DNA of 46,692 nucleotides from Octopus bimaculoides (taxonomy: Eukaryota). The stretch spans positions 46,320,784-46,367,475 of the forward strand of contig NC_068986.1 in NCBI RefSeq assembly GCF_001194135.2. Direction: 5' to 3'. A program made the translations under genes and the position numbers. A model generated the notes under the pieces. The model searched no databases. It worked only from the letters and a program-made list of their open reading frames with translations, and had not been told where the DNA came from. This document shows, in pieces, positions 35,788 to 46,692 of this stretch; the stretch's first letter is position 1; each line of letters begins with the position of its first letter.

Positions 35788-35944
35788 CGATGGGCTTCTT
35801 TCAGTTTCTGTCTACCAAATCCACTCACAAGGATTTGGTCGGCCCGAGGCTATAGTAGAAGACACTTCCCCAAGGTGCCACGCAGTGGGACTGAACTCGG
35901 AACCATGTGGTTGGTAAGCAAGCTACTTACCACATAGCCACTCC
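35537..35944 (-). mobile_element. SINE family A, full length, young (CpG-rich)
   Basis: Reverse complement of the 31669-32110 type copy, with CpGs retained. Confidence 0.85.
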
Positions 35945-36439
35945 ATGGGTAAAATGCTAGCGGAAAGGATTGCATGACAGTGTTTTCAAACTGAGCAAAA
36001 CAAAGAAAAACAAAACAAAAAAAAAATGCTGGACTGACAAATATTAAAAATATATAACAAAAATAGTGTCAACTCCTCTACTGTTTAAGATAAATATTTT
36101 CAGGGCACTAGCCCATTTAGACAAATAAATAAATATATAAATAAAAGCGGTGGTTTAGAAAATAGTATTGTGAACCAATAATGAAAAAGAACTGAAATGA
36201 GAAAATAATTTTTTGATTTCTATTTCCAGAATGTTGCATATTTTATAACCATGATTTACTGTTTCTTCCTTCATAAATGTCACTGGCACTAAATAAACGT
36301 TTAAAACTATTTTAGGAGATGATTAGTGAATAATAGAAGAGTATAAAGGAGCCAAAATACTGTTTCTTTTGTTGAATAATTGTTTTTAATTATATTTTAA
36401 TTAGATGTACTCTTTCATTGGTAATCAGTTTAGACTAAT

Positions 36440-36697
36440 TAAAAAATGGCACGTAAAATACACCATTTTGAGTGTGGTCATCGCCAGTACCGCCTGACTG
36501 GCCTTCGTGCCGGTGGCACATAAAAGCACCCACTACACTCTCGGGGTGGTTAGTGATAGGAAGGGCATCCAGCTGTAGAAACTCTGCCAAATCGGATTGG
36601 AGCCTGGTGTGGCCATCTGGTTTCACCAGTCCTCAGTCAAATCGTCCAACCCATGCTAGCATGGAAAGCGGACGTTAAACAATGATGATGATGATGA
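36440..36697 (+). mobile_element. SINE family B
   Basis: Family body and (GAT)n tail. Confidence 0.85.
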
Positions 36698-37009
36698 ATA
36701 GTAGCGAGAAAGCGTTCTAAAATGAATATAAACGCAAATGTAAGCAAAATTGTTGAAGATTTTGAATTATCTTATTGTTCTTGAAGGATTCTGAAAAGTG
36801 AGTTCCTGAGGTCAAGTTGACCACTGTCATTTTGATATATCTTCCTTATAATTGAATGACTATCATAATTCTATTTTACCTTATTAACAGAATCTTAATC
36901 TGATAAAGACTAAAGAATTGTGGTAAAGTTCTTCACGGAGGAAGCATAGGAATGAATAATTGCAAGTGTAGTAGAACTAGATATATCTAAGGTTCTGAAA
37001 AATCATATG

Positions 37010-37400
37010 GAAATAGAGATTCACTTCACAATTATGAGGTTTCAGGTTCAGTCCCACTGCACAGTACCTTGGGTAAGTGTCTTCTGCTATAGCCCCAGTC
37101 TGACCAATGCCTTGTGAGTCTATTTGGTCGATGGGAACTGTGTTGAAGCCTGTTGTGCATATGTGTGTGTGTGTCTTTCTGTCTATATTTGCCCCTCTCC
37201 CTAAACTCTGCTTGGCAACTGGTGTTGGTTTATTTATATCCTCGTAACTTAGTAGTTCAGTAAAAGATTGATAGAATAGGTACCATATTAGAGAAAAATA
37301 GATACTGAGATTAATCTGTGTAACTAAAAGCAAAGACCTTCTTCAAGCAATACCCTAGCATGACTGCAGTTCAATCAATGAAATAAGTAAACAAGTAAAG
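37010..37400 (+). mobile_element. SINE family A, diverged
   Basis: ggttcagtcccactgc...gtcttctgctatagccc...gatagaataggtacc match family A. Confidence 0.7.
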
Positions 37401-37766
37401 GATATAATTTCCTACTGGAATCCGTTTTGAATCTTGACTGTCTATGGTAAAGCCTAATTAGTAAAATATAGAAAACAGCTTTCACAGCTATTTTGGTTGC
37501 AGAGAAAATAGTAACACTTCATCATATTGCTTAAACCTTTTATCATATTAGTAATAAAAACAATTTTCTATATCTTGTACAAAGCAGGTTTTGACACAAA
37601 GATACAGAATTTCAACAAAGAATGCAATAAATTATAAATCATATCTTTATATTGATGAAAAATGGACACACACAACTTTAAACTTGATACTGATTAAATT
37701 ACATTCAATTTTCCATCATTTATGACAGTGAAGATACTTAAGACCAAACCATCAAAGTTGATATTA

Positions 37767-38667
37767 TTACGTTGTCAAGAAAGTTCTTGCGGAATTTTTA
37801 ATTTTGGTTTTAAATTATATATTTTCAAATTAACTTTCAATAAATTACTTTGACTTTATATATCATTTTAAAGCCCATTTTTTGCTCTATCAAATCGTAT
37901 TACTCTTTTTCTTTCTGAATAATTAGGCCATTTTTTCTGGAACGTTGAATACAACATGGACAAAAAGCAAATTCACACAATTTTCTTATTCCAGTCCAAG
38001 CTAGGCCGAAAAACTGCTGAAACAGCTCGCAATATCAACAATGTGTTTGGTCCAGGAACCACTAATGAATGTACAGCACAATGGTGGTTCAAGAAATTTC
38101 ATATCGCTGACAAGAGTCTTGAAGATAAGCATAGTGGTCGGCCATAGGATGTTGACAACAATCAACTAAGAGCCTTAATTGAAGCCAATCTATGCACAAC
38201 TGTTCAGGAGCTTGCTTCTGAATTAGATGTAACATATACGAGAATTTCCAACCGCTTGAAAGAGATTGGAAAAACAAAAATACTTGAGAAATGGGTGCTG
38301 CATGAAGTGAATGAGAGCCAACTGACCCAGCAGAAGTTTAACGAATTGTGCTATGAAACTTTGCCTCATCCGCCATACTCACCAGACCTCTCACCTACCA
38401 ACTTCCACTTTTTCAAGCATCTCGACAACTCACTGCATGAGAAATGCTTCAAAAACCAAGACGATGTCAAACACACCTTCAACAACTTCATCACCACCAG
38501 AACACAGGATTTTTATGCTATTGAAGTAAAAAAAGACTTGTTTCGCATTGGCAAAAGTGTGTTGATTCTGATGGTGCTTATTTCAATTAATAAAGTTTTG
38601 TTTGAGCCGAGATATGTGCATCTGAATTTAAAGGTTAAAAACCGCAAGAATTTTCTTGAAAAACTAA
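37767..38667 (+). mobile_element. Internally deleted mariner element (901 bp)
   Basis: TIRs ttacgttgtcaagaaagttcttgcgg / ccgcaagaattttcttgaaaaactaa with TA flanks. N-terminal HTH region MDKKQIHTIFLFQ..., WVLHE joined directly to ETLPHPPYSPDLSPTNFHFF, so the first two catalytic D regions are deleted. Confidence 0.88.
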
Positions 38668-40179
38668 TAGCAATAGTATTTCAAAGATTGTTATAGTCAG
38701 CATTCTTTATTCTAGTAAGATTTAAAAAAAAAATAGATCTTTGTCTGTCTTGATGTTTCAATTAAATGTTTATTATTTCTCTAAGGACTCCTAACAGGGC
38801 TTTATTTCTAATACAATCCAAGATTAGATTTTTAGAGGAAAAACTGAAAGAGAAATTTACGGTAAACTCACAAGTAATTATTTATATAGTTTGAAAACAT
38901 TTGAATTTACTGACTGAATTATGAAATTAATAATATAAATTAAGAAACATTCGGAATTAAAAGAAAACATGTTTAAAATTTCATAAATTGCAATTTTTTT
39001 CATTTCATTGAAAACACTTGAATACACAAGTCTTGAATTGATGATTTACATATTTTAGATAGAGTTCTAGATATTTAATTAACTGGTGGTGCTCTAGCAT
39101 GGTCTTAGCAGTGATTGCTAAACGATACAAAAAAAAACAGTAATTAATATATATCATACAATTTACCAATTCTTTCCATATGTATAGAACTTATCACCTA
39201 TAAGCTGCTTCTAATGTTGAAAACTTACAAGATTAATTATTTCAAATATCTAGCTTTTTAAATTTTCCTTATTGAAGAGGCTTGCTAAAGATAAATGCCA
39301 ATCATTCAAACTATATTTTAAAGCAAAATATGAAACAAAAACTGAAATATATTTTCAAAAGAAAAATACCAAATTAAAATCTAAAAATTGCAATAACAAC
39401 TTTAGCTTATCACAAAACACATTTTCACTGAGTGGCTGAACAGAATAGAATATACAGTTGATATACAACATAGAAATTATTTTTGTGATATCTTCAGATT
39501 TTTGAAATTAATTTATCTGTTTTATTCAAGTTATTTTATTTATATGTCTATAAAACATCTCAGTACAAGCAAAACAACTGAATAGAATATAGCTATTCAA
39601 AAACATTCTATGCTCTTCAATAATTGGAAAAATTTTTGTTTTGACATGTTTCAATCAACATACAAAGTTCTATTTCTCTAGAATTTTGAAAATACTAATA
39701 ATTGACTTAACTTTTTAAATACCAGGGGCATTTTCATTATTCTCCTGCATTTCAATGTCATATCAACTGTTAGCTCTATTGACACGACTAAATATATATG
39801 GACTGTCATTTCAAATTATAATTTATGGGATATTCGTTTGAAATTATGGATATATGACCATGCAATACAAACTTTTGAAGATAATTGGACTGTTCTACCT
39901 TCATTAAATATACAATACATGTGGTTGTGAATTAAGTGAATAATAACAAAATCACGAGGATGGTAAGCATTGGCAATGTGCCATTATAAAAAAAAATGTC
40001 TACTAAAAGTAATACATCATTTGAGAATGGTAAACAGAAATTTAAAATAAAGTGTGATATATCCATACAAATTCATAAATCTTTTTATTCATATTGTATC
40101 ATTTTGAAATATGAGCATAATAATGAAAAAGAACCAAATCCAATGTTACATGTAGAAAAATTTGAACCAAGTATACATC

Positions 40180-40590
40180 AGGCATGGCTGTGTAGTTAAG
40201 AAGCTCATTTTGCAGCCACATGGTTTTGGGTTCAACCTCACTGCATGGACCTTGAGAAAGTGTCTTTTACAATAACTCCCTGACTAACCAATGTCTTGTG
40301 AGTGAATTAGTCAAATGGAAACTTTATGGAAGCCTGTTGTGTGTGTGTGTGTGTACGTATATGCATGTATGCATGTATATGTGATGCATGTGCATTTGTG
40401 TATGTCTCAAACCACCTCTTGACAATTGGATTATTAATGTCCCTGTAATTTTGTGGCTTGGCAAAAGGGATTGATAGAATAAGGACCAGACCTGAAAAAA
40501 AATAATAAGGTTTAGGGTTCATTAGATTGATTAAACACTTGAAGGCATTGTCCCAGAATGGTTGCAGTTAAGTAAAAAACATAAAAGACA
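40180..40590 (+). mobile_element. SINE family A, diverged, about 70 bp from the exon donor
   Basis: ggctgtgtagttaagaagc...gggttcaacctcactgc...gtgagtgaatt...gatagaataagg match family A. Confidence 0.7.
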
Positions 40591-40661
40591 AAACAAAGAT
40601 CAAAAACACTATATATATATTTTACATCCCTTTACAATAATACAAAAGCAAAGAGCTTTAC

Positions 40662-40877
40662 CTCCACATGCTTGAGCAATTAAGACTTTAATCCTTTTCT
40701 TTTTCAAACAGCTTGATCTTTTCAAGTTGCATTCATTGGTGTAAGAGACCTGGTCACTACCACACACAGGGGAAAAGATGTCATTGCATTTCTCAATACA
40801 TCTGCAGTATGGTTTCATGACAGTATTGTTAACATGGCATTCAGCCCCAAATGCACAAAAATGAGAATCACATGGAT
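40662..40877 (-). CDS. AGRN: Internal coding exon, follistatin-N + Kazal (FS) module, agrin-like protein
   Basis: Acceptor tttttctatttcttttccag at 40878-40897 (minus), donor GAG|gtaaag at 40661; 216 nt, phase 1 at both ends. Translates (D)PCDSHFCAFGAECHVNNTVMKPYCRCIEKCNDIFSPVCGSDQVSYTNECNLKRSSCLKKKRIKVLIAQACG with all 10 FS-domain cysteines and the PVCGSD..Y.NEC motif. Resembles agrin FS repeats; the symbol is tentative because other FS/Kazal proteins are not excluded. Confidence 0.85.
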
Positions 40878-40969
40878 CTGGAAAAGAAATAGAAAAAATT
40901 GAGAAAACAAGCTATATATGTATGTGATACATACATATACATATATATGCATATACATACATATACATA

Positions 40970-41011
<42 letters not shown>

Positions 41012-43137
41012 GTACATCTATTATTGTTATACAAAAATGTTGACAGTGACTTCAAAGTTTCAACCAGCTTACCCATTATCATATGAGGAGTTAGCTGGAT
41101 GGAATTTTAGAATCACTGTCAGCAACATTCTTGTACAACAGTGATAAATATATACTCTACAAAATTACTGAGTAACCCATCGGATTAATGTAAAATCTTT
41201 TTTATTATAACTGGACATAAAAGCAAACATTAATATATATATGTGTGTGTGTGTGTATAGCAATGAGCACAAAAAGGAGAGTTTTAACAAATGTTATATT
41301 AATTTAGTACTTAAAAAGATGGGAAAGAATCATGAAGTTTCAGATGGTGGTCGTTCATTAGAAGCAAGGGAGATAATTGGCAACGACATACATGAACCTG
41401 TTTGTGTTTGTTTACAGTGTGTTGTACATGTTTGTTAATAAGGTGTGTGTATAGAGGGTATGTGGGTATGTGTAAGTGTGCATGCAAAATCAGTAGTTTC
41501 AAATGAGTGTTGTTTTTCCAGAACTGTGTGAATGTGTTTGGATTTTAGTGCTGTATGATGTGGATTTAATTGTACTACACGCATATGAATGAATGTTAAA
41601 TTGCATGTTAGTATAAGTTGGTTGTGTATGTATTTGTATATGTGTGTATTGTGTATAATGTGTGAATGTCTGTGAGTATGGGCTCTGATGAATGTGTATT
41701 CAATGAGTTGCAATAGGTAAGCTGTTTTATCAGAATTGTGTGTAAACTCTCTGAAAACACATTTACCTGCACTTGTGCATGCACAACTGCAGTACACATA
41801 TATACACAATGACACAAGCAACAGACACATTTAACTTCACAAACTTACATATACATACATTGTACAAACATACATCATATGTCACATGAAAATAAACACC
41901 TTTCTGAAAAAAGAGCACACGCATACACTACTGAACCTAATATGCAACTAACTTTCACACACACACACGCACGCACACACACACACACACACACACAAGT
42001 TTATATGTATCGGCATCCTTTGTATTCTTATCTTTTTTAATGCTGAAAGCTACTTTCTTAATTTCTACATTAATTTCCAAACTGGAACTGGCATAGGCAA
42101 CACATGGTGGTTCATTTCACCAACATTTCTTTGCTTATTTTCCCTCTTCTATGCTTTAATACCCACCCTACCTCTCTCACCCACCCACACACACACACTC
42201 TCTCTCTCTCCCACCTTTCTGATGAAGAACTCCAGCCCAAAATACTGAGTGAAACTAATACCTCTTTTATTGTGTTTACACTTTTCCTCAGTTGCTTATT
42301 TTCCCTTTCATGTGTGTATGTGTAGGTGTATCTATATGTAAATATTTATACATATATTTAAATAGCTGAATACAATTAAAATATCAAACAGGTTTTGCAA
42401 GTTTTAATTTCTGATTTCAAAGCAGCAACATGTAAAAATGAAGACATTTTATATTTTTGTCATCTCATTAAAATATTAATTAAATTGCTATTAAAATCTC
42501 ATTCAAATTGCTATAAACGTTTACTGAAGGGCATCAATGAACAGTAATGTATCAATGAACAGGTTATAAGGTATGATAAAAGACTTTGGCACAACTGAAT
42601 TTAGACCAAATTTGTGTATGGATGGATGCATGTGTGTGTTATAAAAATCAGTTGCTGTTATGGTTGTTTGGTTTACACTATGCATTGCCAATTATACATT
42701 TTGTTTAAAAAGAAATCATACGATTTAATTGTTCAGTTCTAATATTTGTATTTTTTGTCCAATTAGATTTGTGTTTTTCAATCAATCAATAAATAAATAC
42801 TACTATTAAGAATAGAATTATTTCTTTCATAATATTTCTGTTTCCATTTGTTTTTCAGATGGAAGATGAAGTGAAACATAATATACCCCACACACAATCC
42901 CATTTTCAGTTGGGTATGAGCCAATATGATGTCCAAAAGAAAAAAAAAAAACAAGGCAAGAAAGACAAGTCTCTTATATGTAGCAACATAATCTACAGCT
43001 TACATTGCAAGAAGATTTGTAGCATTTTACACTGAGAACAAGTAGTATTTTGAAACAAACAGTTGTATTGCTTTAACCTATCTGAAGAACTTCATTAGAG
43101 ATCTACAGTTTTTATGTTGCTGATTGTTAAATTTTAT

Positions 43138-43445
43138 GCATCATCATCATCATCATAGTTTAATATCCGCTTTCCATGCTGGCATGGGTTGGATGATTTG
43201 ACTAAGGACTGGTGAACCAGATGGCTGCACCAGGCTCCAGTATGATCTGACAGAGTTTCTACAGCTAGATACCCTTCCTAACGCCAACCACTCAGAGAGT
43301 GTAGTGGATGCTTTTACGTGCCACCTGCACGAGGGCCAGTCAGGTGATACTGGCAACGGCCACACTCAAATGGTGTTTTTTTACATGCCACCTGCACAGG
43401 AGCCAGTCCAGTGGCACTGGCAATGACCTCGCTCGAATATTTTTT
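43138..43445 (-). mobile_element. SINE family B
   Basis: Reverse complement of the family body with a (CAT)n tail at 43138-43156. Confidence 0.85.
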
Positions 43446-46328
43446 CAGCATGATATCCAGCACTACATGCTTTGTTGTTCAGTGTGTGTATACATAATTG
43501 AAGGCTCTTACAATGACTATATAAAGACAGATAAGTAAATTTAACCGCTATCATAGTCTAAATGCCTCAAAATACATTACATGTGGTTGGCAGTGAAGAA
43601 CAGATTATTGGACTTAGTGAGGCATTTTATTTTATATTGTGCTTAGGCTAATCCTGCCATTTTGAGATTCTAAAAATAAATAATAAAGTCATGTAGAATA
43701 TTTGTGTATTATACAGATTATATTGATGGTGGTGCCAAAGAAAAAAAACCTACAAAACTTCTATTCCATGTCAGCATGCTAAGTACCATTTACATGTTTT
43801 CATAAGTCATACATTTTACTAAAGATTAGGCAGGGCACAAAAACTACATAAAACTTTTCTCTAGAACCTTACTTTGGACTTGAAATTTACAGTACAAACT
43901 AATACACACACTTATACACACAGGCATTCACATGTATATATGCACAAACAAACACATACACAAAAGCAAATGATTGAATATGTAGGGCAGATCAGTCATA
44001 TCACTACCCAGGCTACATGAATACCAGCATCAAATACAAATATATGTTGATGATGTCATGCACAAAAACAAAACCATAAGCAGAATTTGCTATAAAGCCA
44101 AAAATTCTGTTGCGATGATATGCCTTCCTATAAATTTTTATATAACAGTTTTCCATGTGTACAAGACATATATTTGCAATTGTTTATCAGCCAGCTAGAA
44201 TCTTAATGTCAGTTATACACTGTATATAATTACTTTTAGTGAATCAGGAGGGGAAGTTTTAAAAACACCAGTTAATTGGTTTGTTCATAGGTAAACATTG
44301 CTATGATATCTATAGTTCCAGTACTCTGCTTGACCGTATTGATAGTGATTAATATTATTTCAACTAAATACTTTCTTTTTTATTATTTAAATGCAATCGT
44401 AAGCAAGGTTGCCAGCAGTATTAACAAAATGCAACATGCAACCTATGTATGGGTCAAAGCTTGAAGCCAAAACATTTTAAACACAATAGGATATGATTTA
44501 TATACAAGTTTATGTGGTAATTGTGAAGAGAAATAATAACCATGAATAAGATAATTTTTGTTTCATGCATTAGTCGTCATGAAAATATGTCCTGCTGTGT
44601 TATAAACCATTCGAACTATGTTAAGCTTTGTCAGCTGTGATTGAAATAATTCCCATCATACATAATGATTAACTAATCCTTGACATGAGTAGCTTGTGTC
44701 AGTCACAGATGTAAAGTGAAATTAAGAAAACGGATCTCAAATTTTGAAAAGTAAAGAAGAGAAAAAGGAATAAGATGACTTTAATTTCCTGCTTCTCTGC
44801 ATCATTTTCCCATTTGCATCTCATTTTCACACCTAACTTCTAGCAAAGCAGAGCAGATCAGTGAGAAACTATGTCTCATAAACAAAGAGTTTGATATTGT
44901 GTTGATATAGTTTTTACCAGTCAAGGACCATTTTGTTTACATGGAGACAAATTGATTCTAGGGATCAAATAAATTACCATATATTTGTAAATCTTTACTG
45001 AACCACAAAGCCTAATCTTAAAATTCTCTCCATACATATATTCACAATACCAAAGTTATTTAGATAATTAACTGCTTTTATTAAATCTAATATGCTATGT
45101 AAATTATTTTGTGTAACCTTAATTAGTATGAGAACACAAATTTTTATTCTATGAGAAAGTGATTTCAAATTTCTAAACCACGCATAATCCACAGTAACAA
45201 AATCTTTATTTCATTTTTGTATTCTAATATTCAGGAAGACATTTTCTTACTGCAAGAATTATCATCTTGGAAACTGATCAAATGAATTTAATTCGTTTAA
45301 CTAAGTTTTGCAATCATTTCTATCAGTTTATTCTGAAAGATATGATAGTGATTTAATGTGATTTATAATTATTGTGAGTTATTGCTTAATCATTCTGATT
45401 GATTAATGATAACCCTGTTACATTAAATAATTAGTTGTAAGTATTAAATTAAGAATATGTTAGTAAAAAAGACACCCAATACAAAAATTAAATTTTCAGT
45501 TAGAAATTTGATTTGTGCTTGGTTATCTAATTGCACAGTAGAACTTTGAAATCTAAAAGTGTAACTCCAAACAGTAATATAATTACTTTAATACATTATA
45601 ATTTAGAAATTTGATGATACACACGTTTGCATTAAGAATTATGACAGAAAATATCTAATTAAGAAAAAGAAATAGTGTGGAAACTTATCCATGACATTTC
45701 ATTGTAAATATACATTAAAATGAAGTGAATAATATTGAATATACTGGTTAAAACAGTTTTTCAATATGTAAAAATGTTTATCACCAAAGAAATGTTGATT
45801 ATATATAAAAGAAACTTTAAATTTTAACATTGTCATAGCAGGTAAGTTTTAGATATTATACCATGATTGCTAACAAAGGATATCATCATGCATGCTATTG
45901 TGAATCAAAAGTGTAAAGATGTTTCATGATTAAAAGAAATGCTACCAGCAACAATGGAAGTGGTGGCAGCTATATTTATAGTTACAGAAAGTTAGTTCCG
46001 AGAACTACTTTTTTCATAAAATTAGAGTAAAGACTTCTAACTATAATCACTGTGATCACTGGATATGTGTTACTATGTGATAATGAAGCTTGGAGGCTTC
46101 ATTAGTGCTCAATAGTAATGAAGCTGCTATGACAAATTCTTTAGGTAGTATTTATTATTTTTTAAAAGTAATATGAGATCTAGAAATACTGAAGGATGCA
46201 GCATTTTGAAAATTTTGAGAACATGTTGATTACAATTACTTCCTTGAAAATATTATTATATATTTTTATATTCTTTTCTTTTCTTATGACAGTGATTCAT
46301 ATATCTTCCTCCTTCGAATTATATAAAA

Positions 46329-46692
46329 CTAGCAGAAATATCCGGCGTTGCCCGGGTTAAAGAGAATAATGAAATCTAAAAACGCTGTCTAGACTACGCA
46401 TCATCTTTATATATAGAGATGTATATACACACACGCACCCAAACACACGTTTATATATGTATATCAATATAAATATATGAAAGTCAATGAAGTTTCGTAA
46501 AAGAAGGTGATCATGTACATACTTTCTTGCTGTTGTGATTATAACACCTCATTGTAAACAATGTTCCTTGTTTTCCCTTGTGGAGCATATACAAATAGGT
46601 TTTTTTTGCTGCCTACTCTTGAGCAGCCAACATACAGTTGTCCATGTGAGAAGCAGGGCTCTTCCAAGAGAAGACCAGCTACAGACAGTGTT
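46329..46692 (-). mobile_element. Helitron 3' end (continues beyond the window)
   Basis: Subterminal hairpin cccgggcaacgccgga (46341-46356) followed by ...CTAG|T terminus at 46329; helicase C-terminal coding sequence lies upstream on the same strand. Confidence 0.85.
46539..46691 (-). CDS. C-terminal 50 aa of a Helitron Rep/Hel PIF1-like helicase (partial)
   Basis: Open frame TLSVAGLLLEEPCFSHGQLYVGCSRVGSKKNLFVYAPQGKTRNIVYNEVL*, containing the PIF1-family FSHGQLYVxxSRV motif. Confidence 0.9.
   Translation of the reverse strand, partial: TLSVAGLLLEEPCFSHGQLYVGCSRVGSKKNLFVYAPQGKTRNIVYNEVL

Noticed and set aside
35440-35937. 165-aa ORF and related ORFs at 31761-32069 and 36977-37333
   Set aside because: Antisense frames of SINE family A crossing its microsatellite.

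Overview
AT-rich, repeat-dense eukaryotic genomic DNA with three assembly gaps. The SINE families and the density of (TA)n/(CA)n/(GAT)n microsatellites suggest an octopus or other coleoid cephalopod (inference). Only one host coding exon is well supported: a 216-nt phase-1/phase-1 follistatin-N + Kazal exon (40662-40877, minus strand), most like agrin. Most of the window is probably intron of that gene. It is filled with tRNA-head SINEs, a (GAT)n-tailed SINE family, Tc1/mariner elements, small MITEs, RTE and Penelope-like (PLE) retroelement remnants, and the 3' end of a Helitron with an open helicase frame. The most interesting signal is a set of minimal type-I hammerhead-ribozyme motifs: one behind a PLE RT/GIY-YIG ORF and four in the arms of two long palindromes. 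Their catalytic-core 3-8 base pair appears as G-C, A-U and canonical C-G, which looks like natural covariation. Other candidates are a recursive-splicing (AG|GT) site, a DD36E-spaced Tc1 transposase and inverted repeats that could form ADAR substrates. All calls were made by eye, without database searches.
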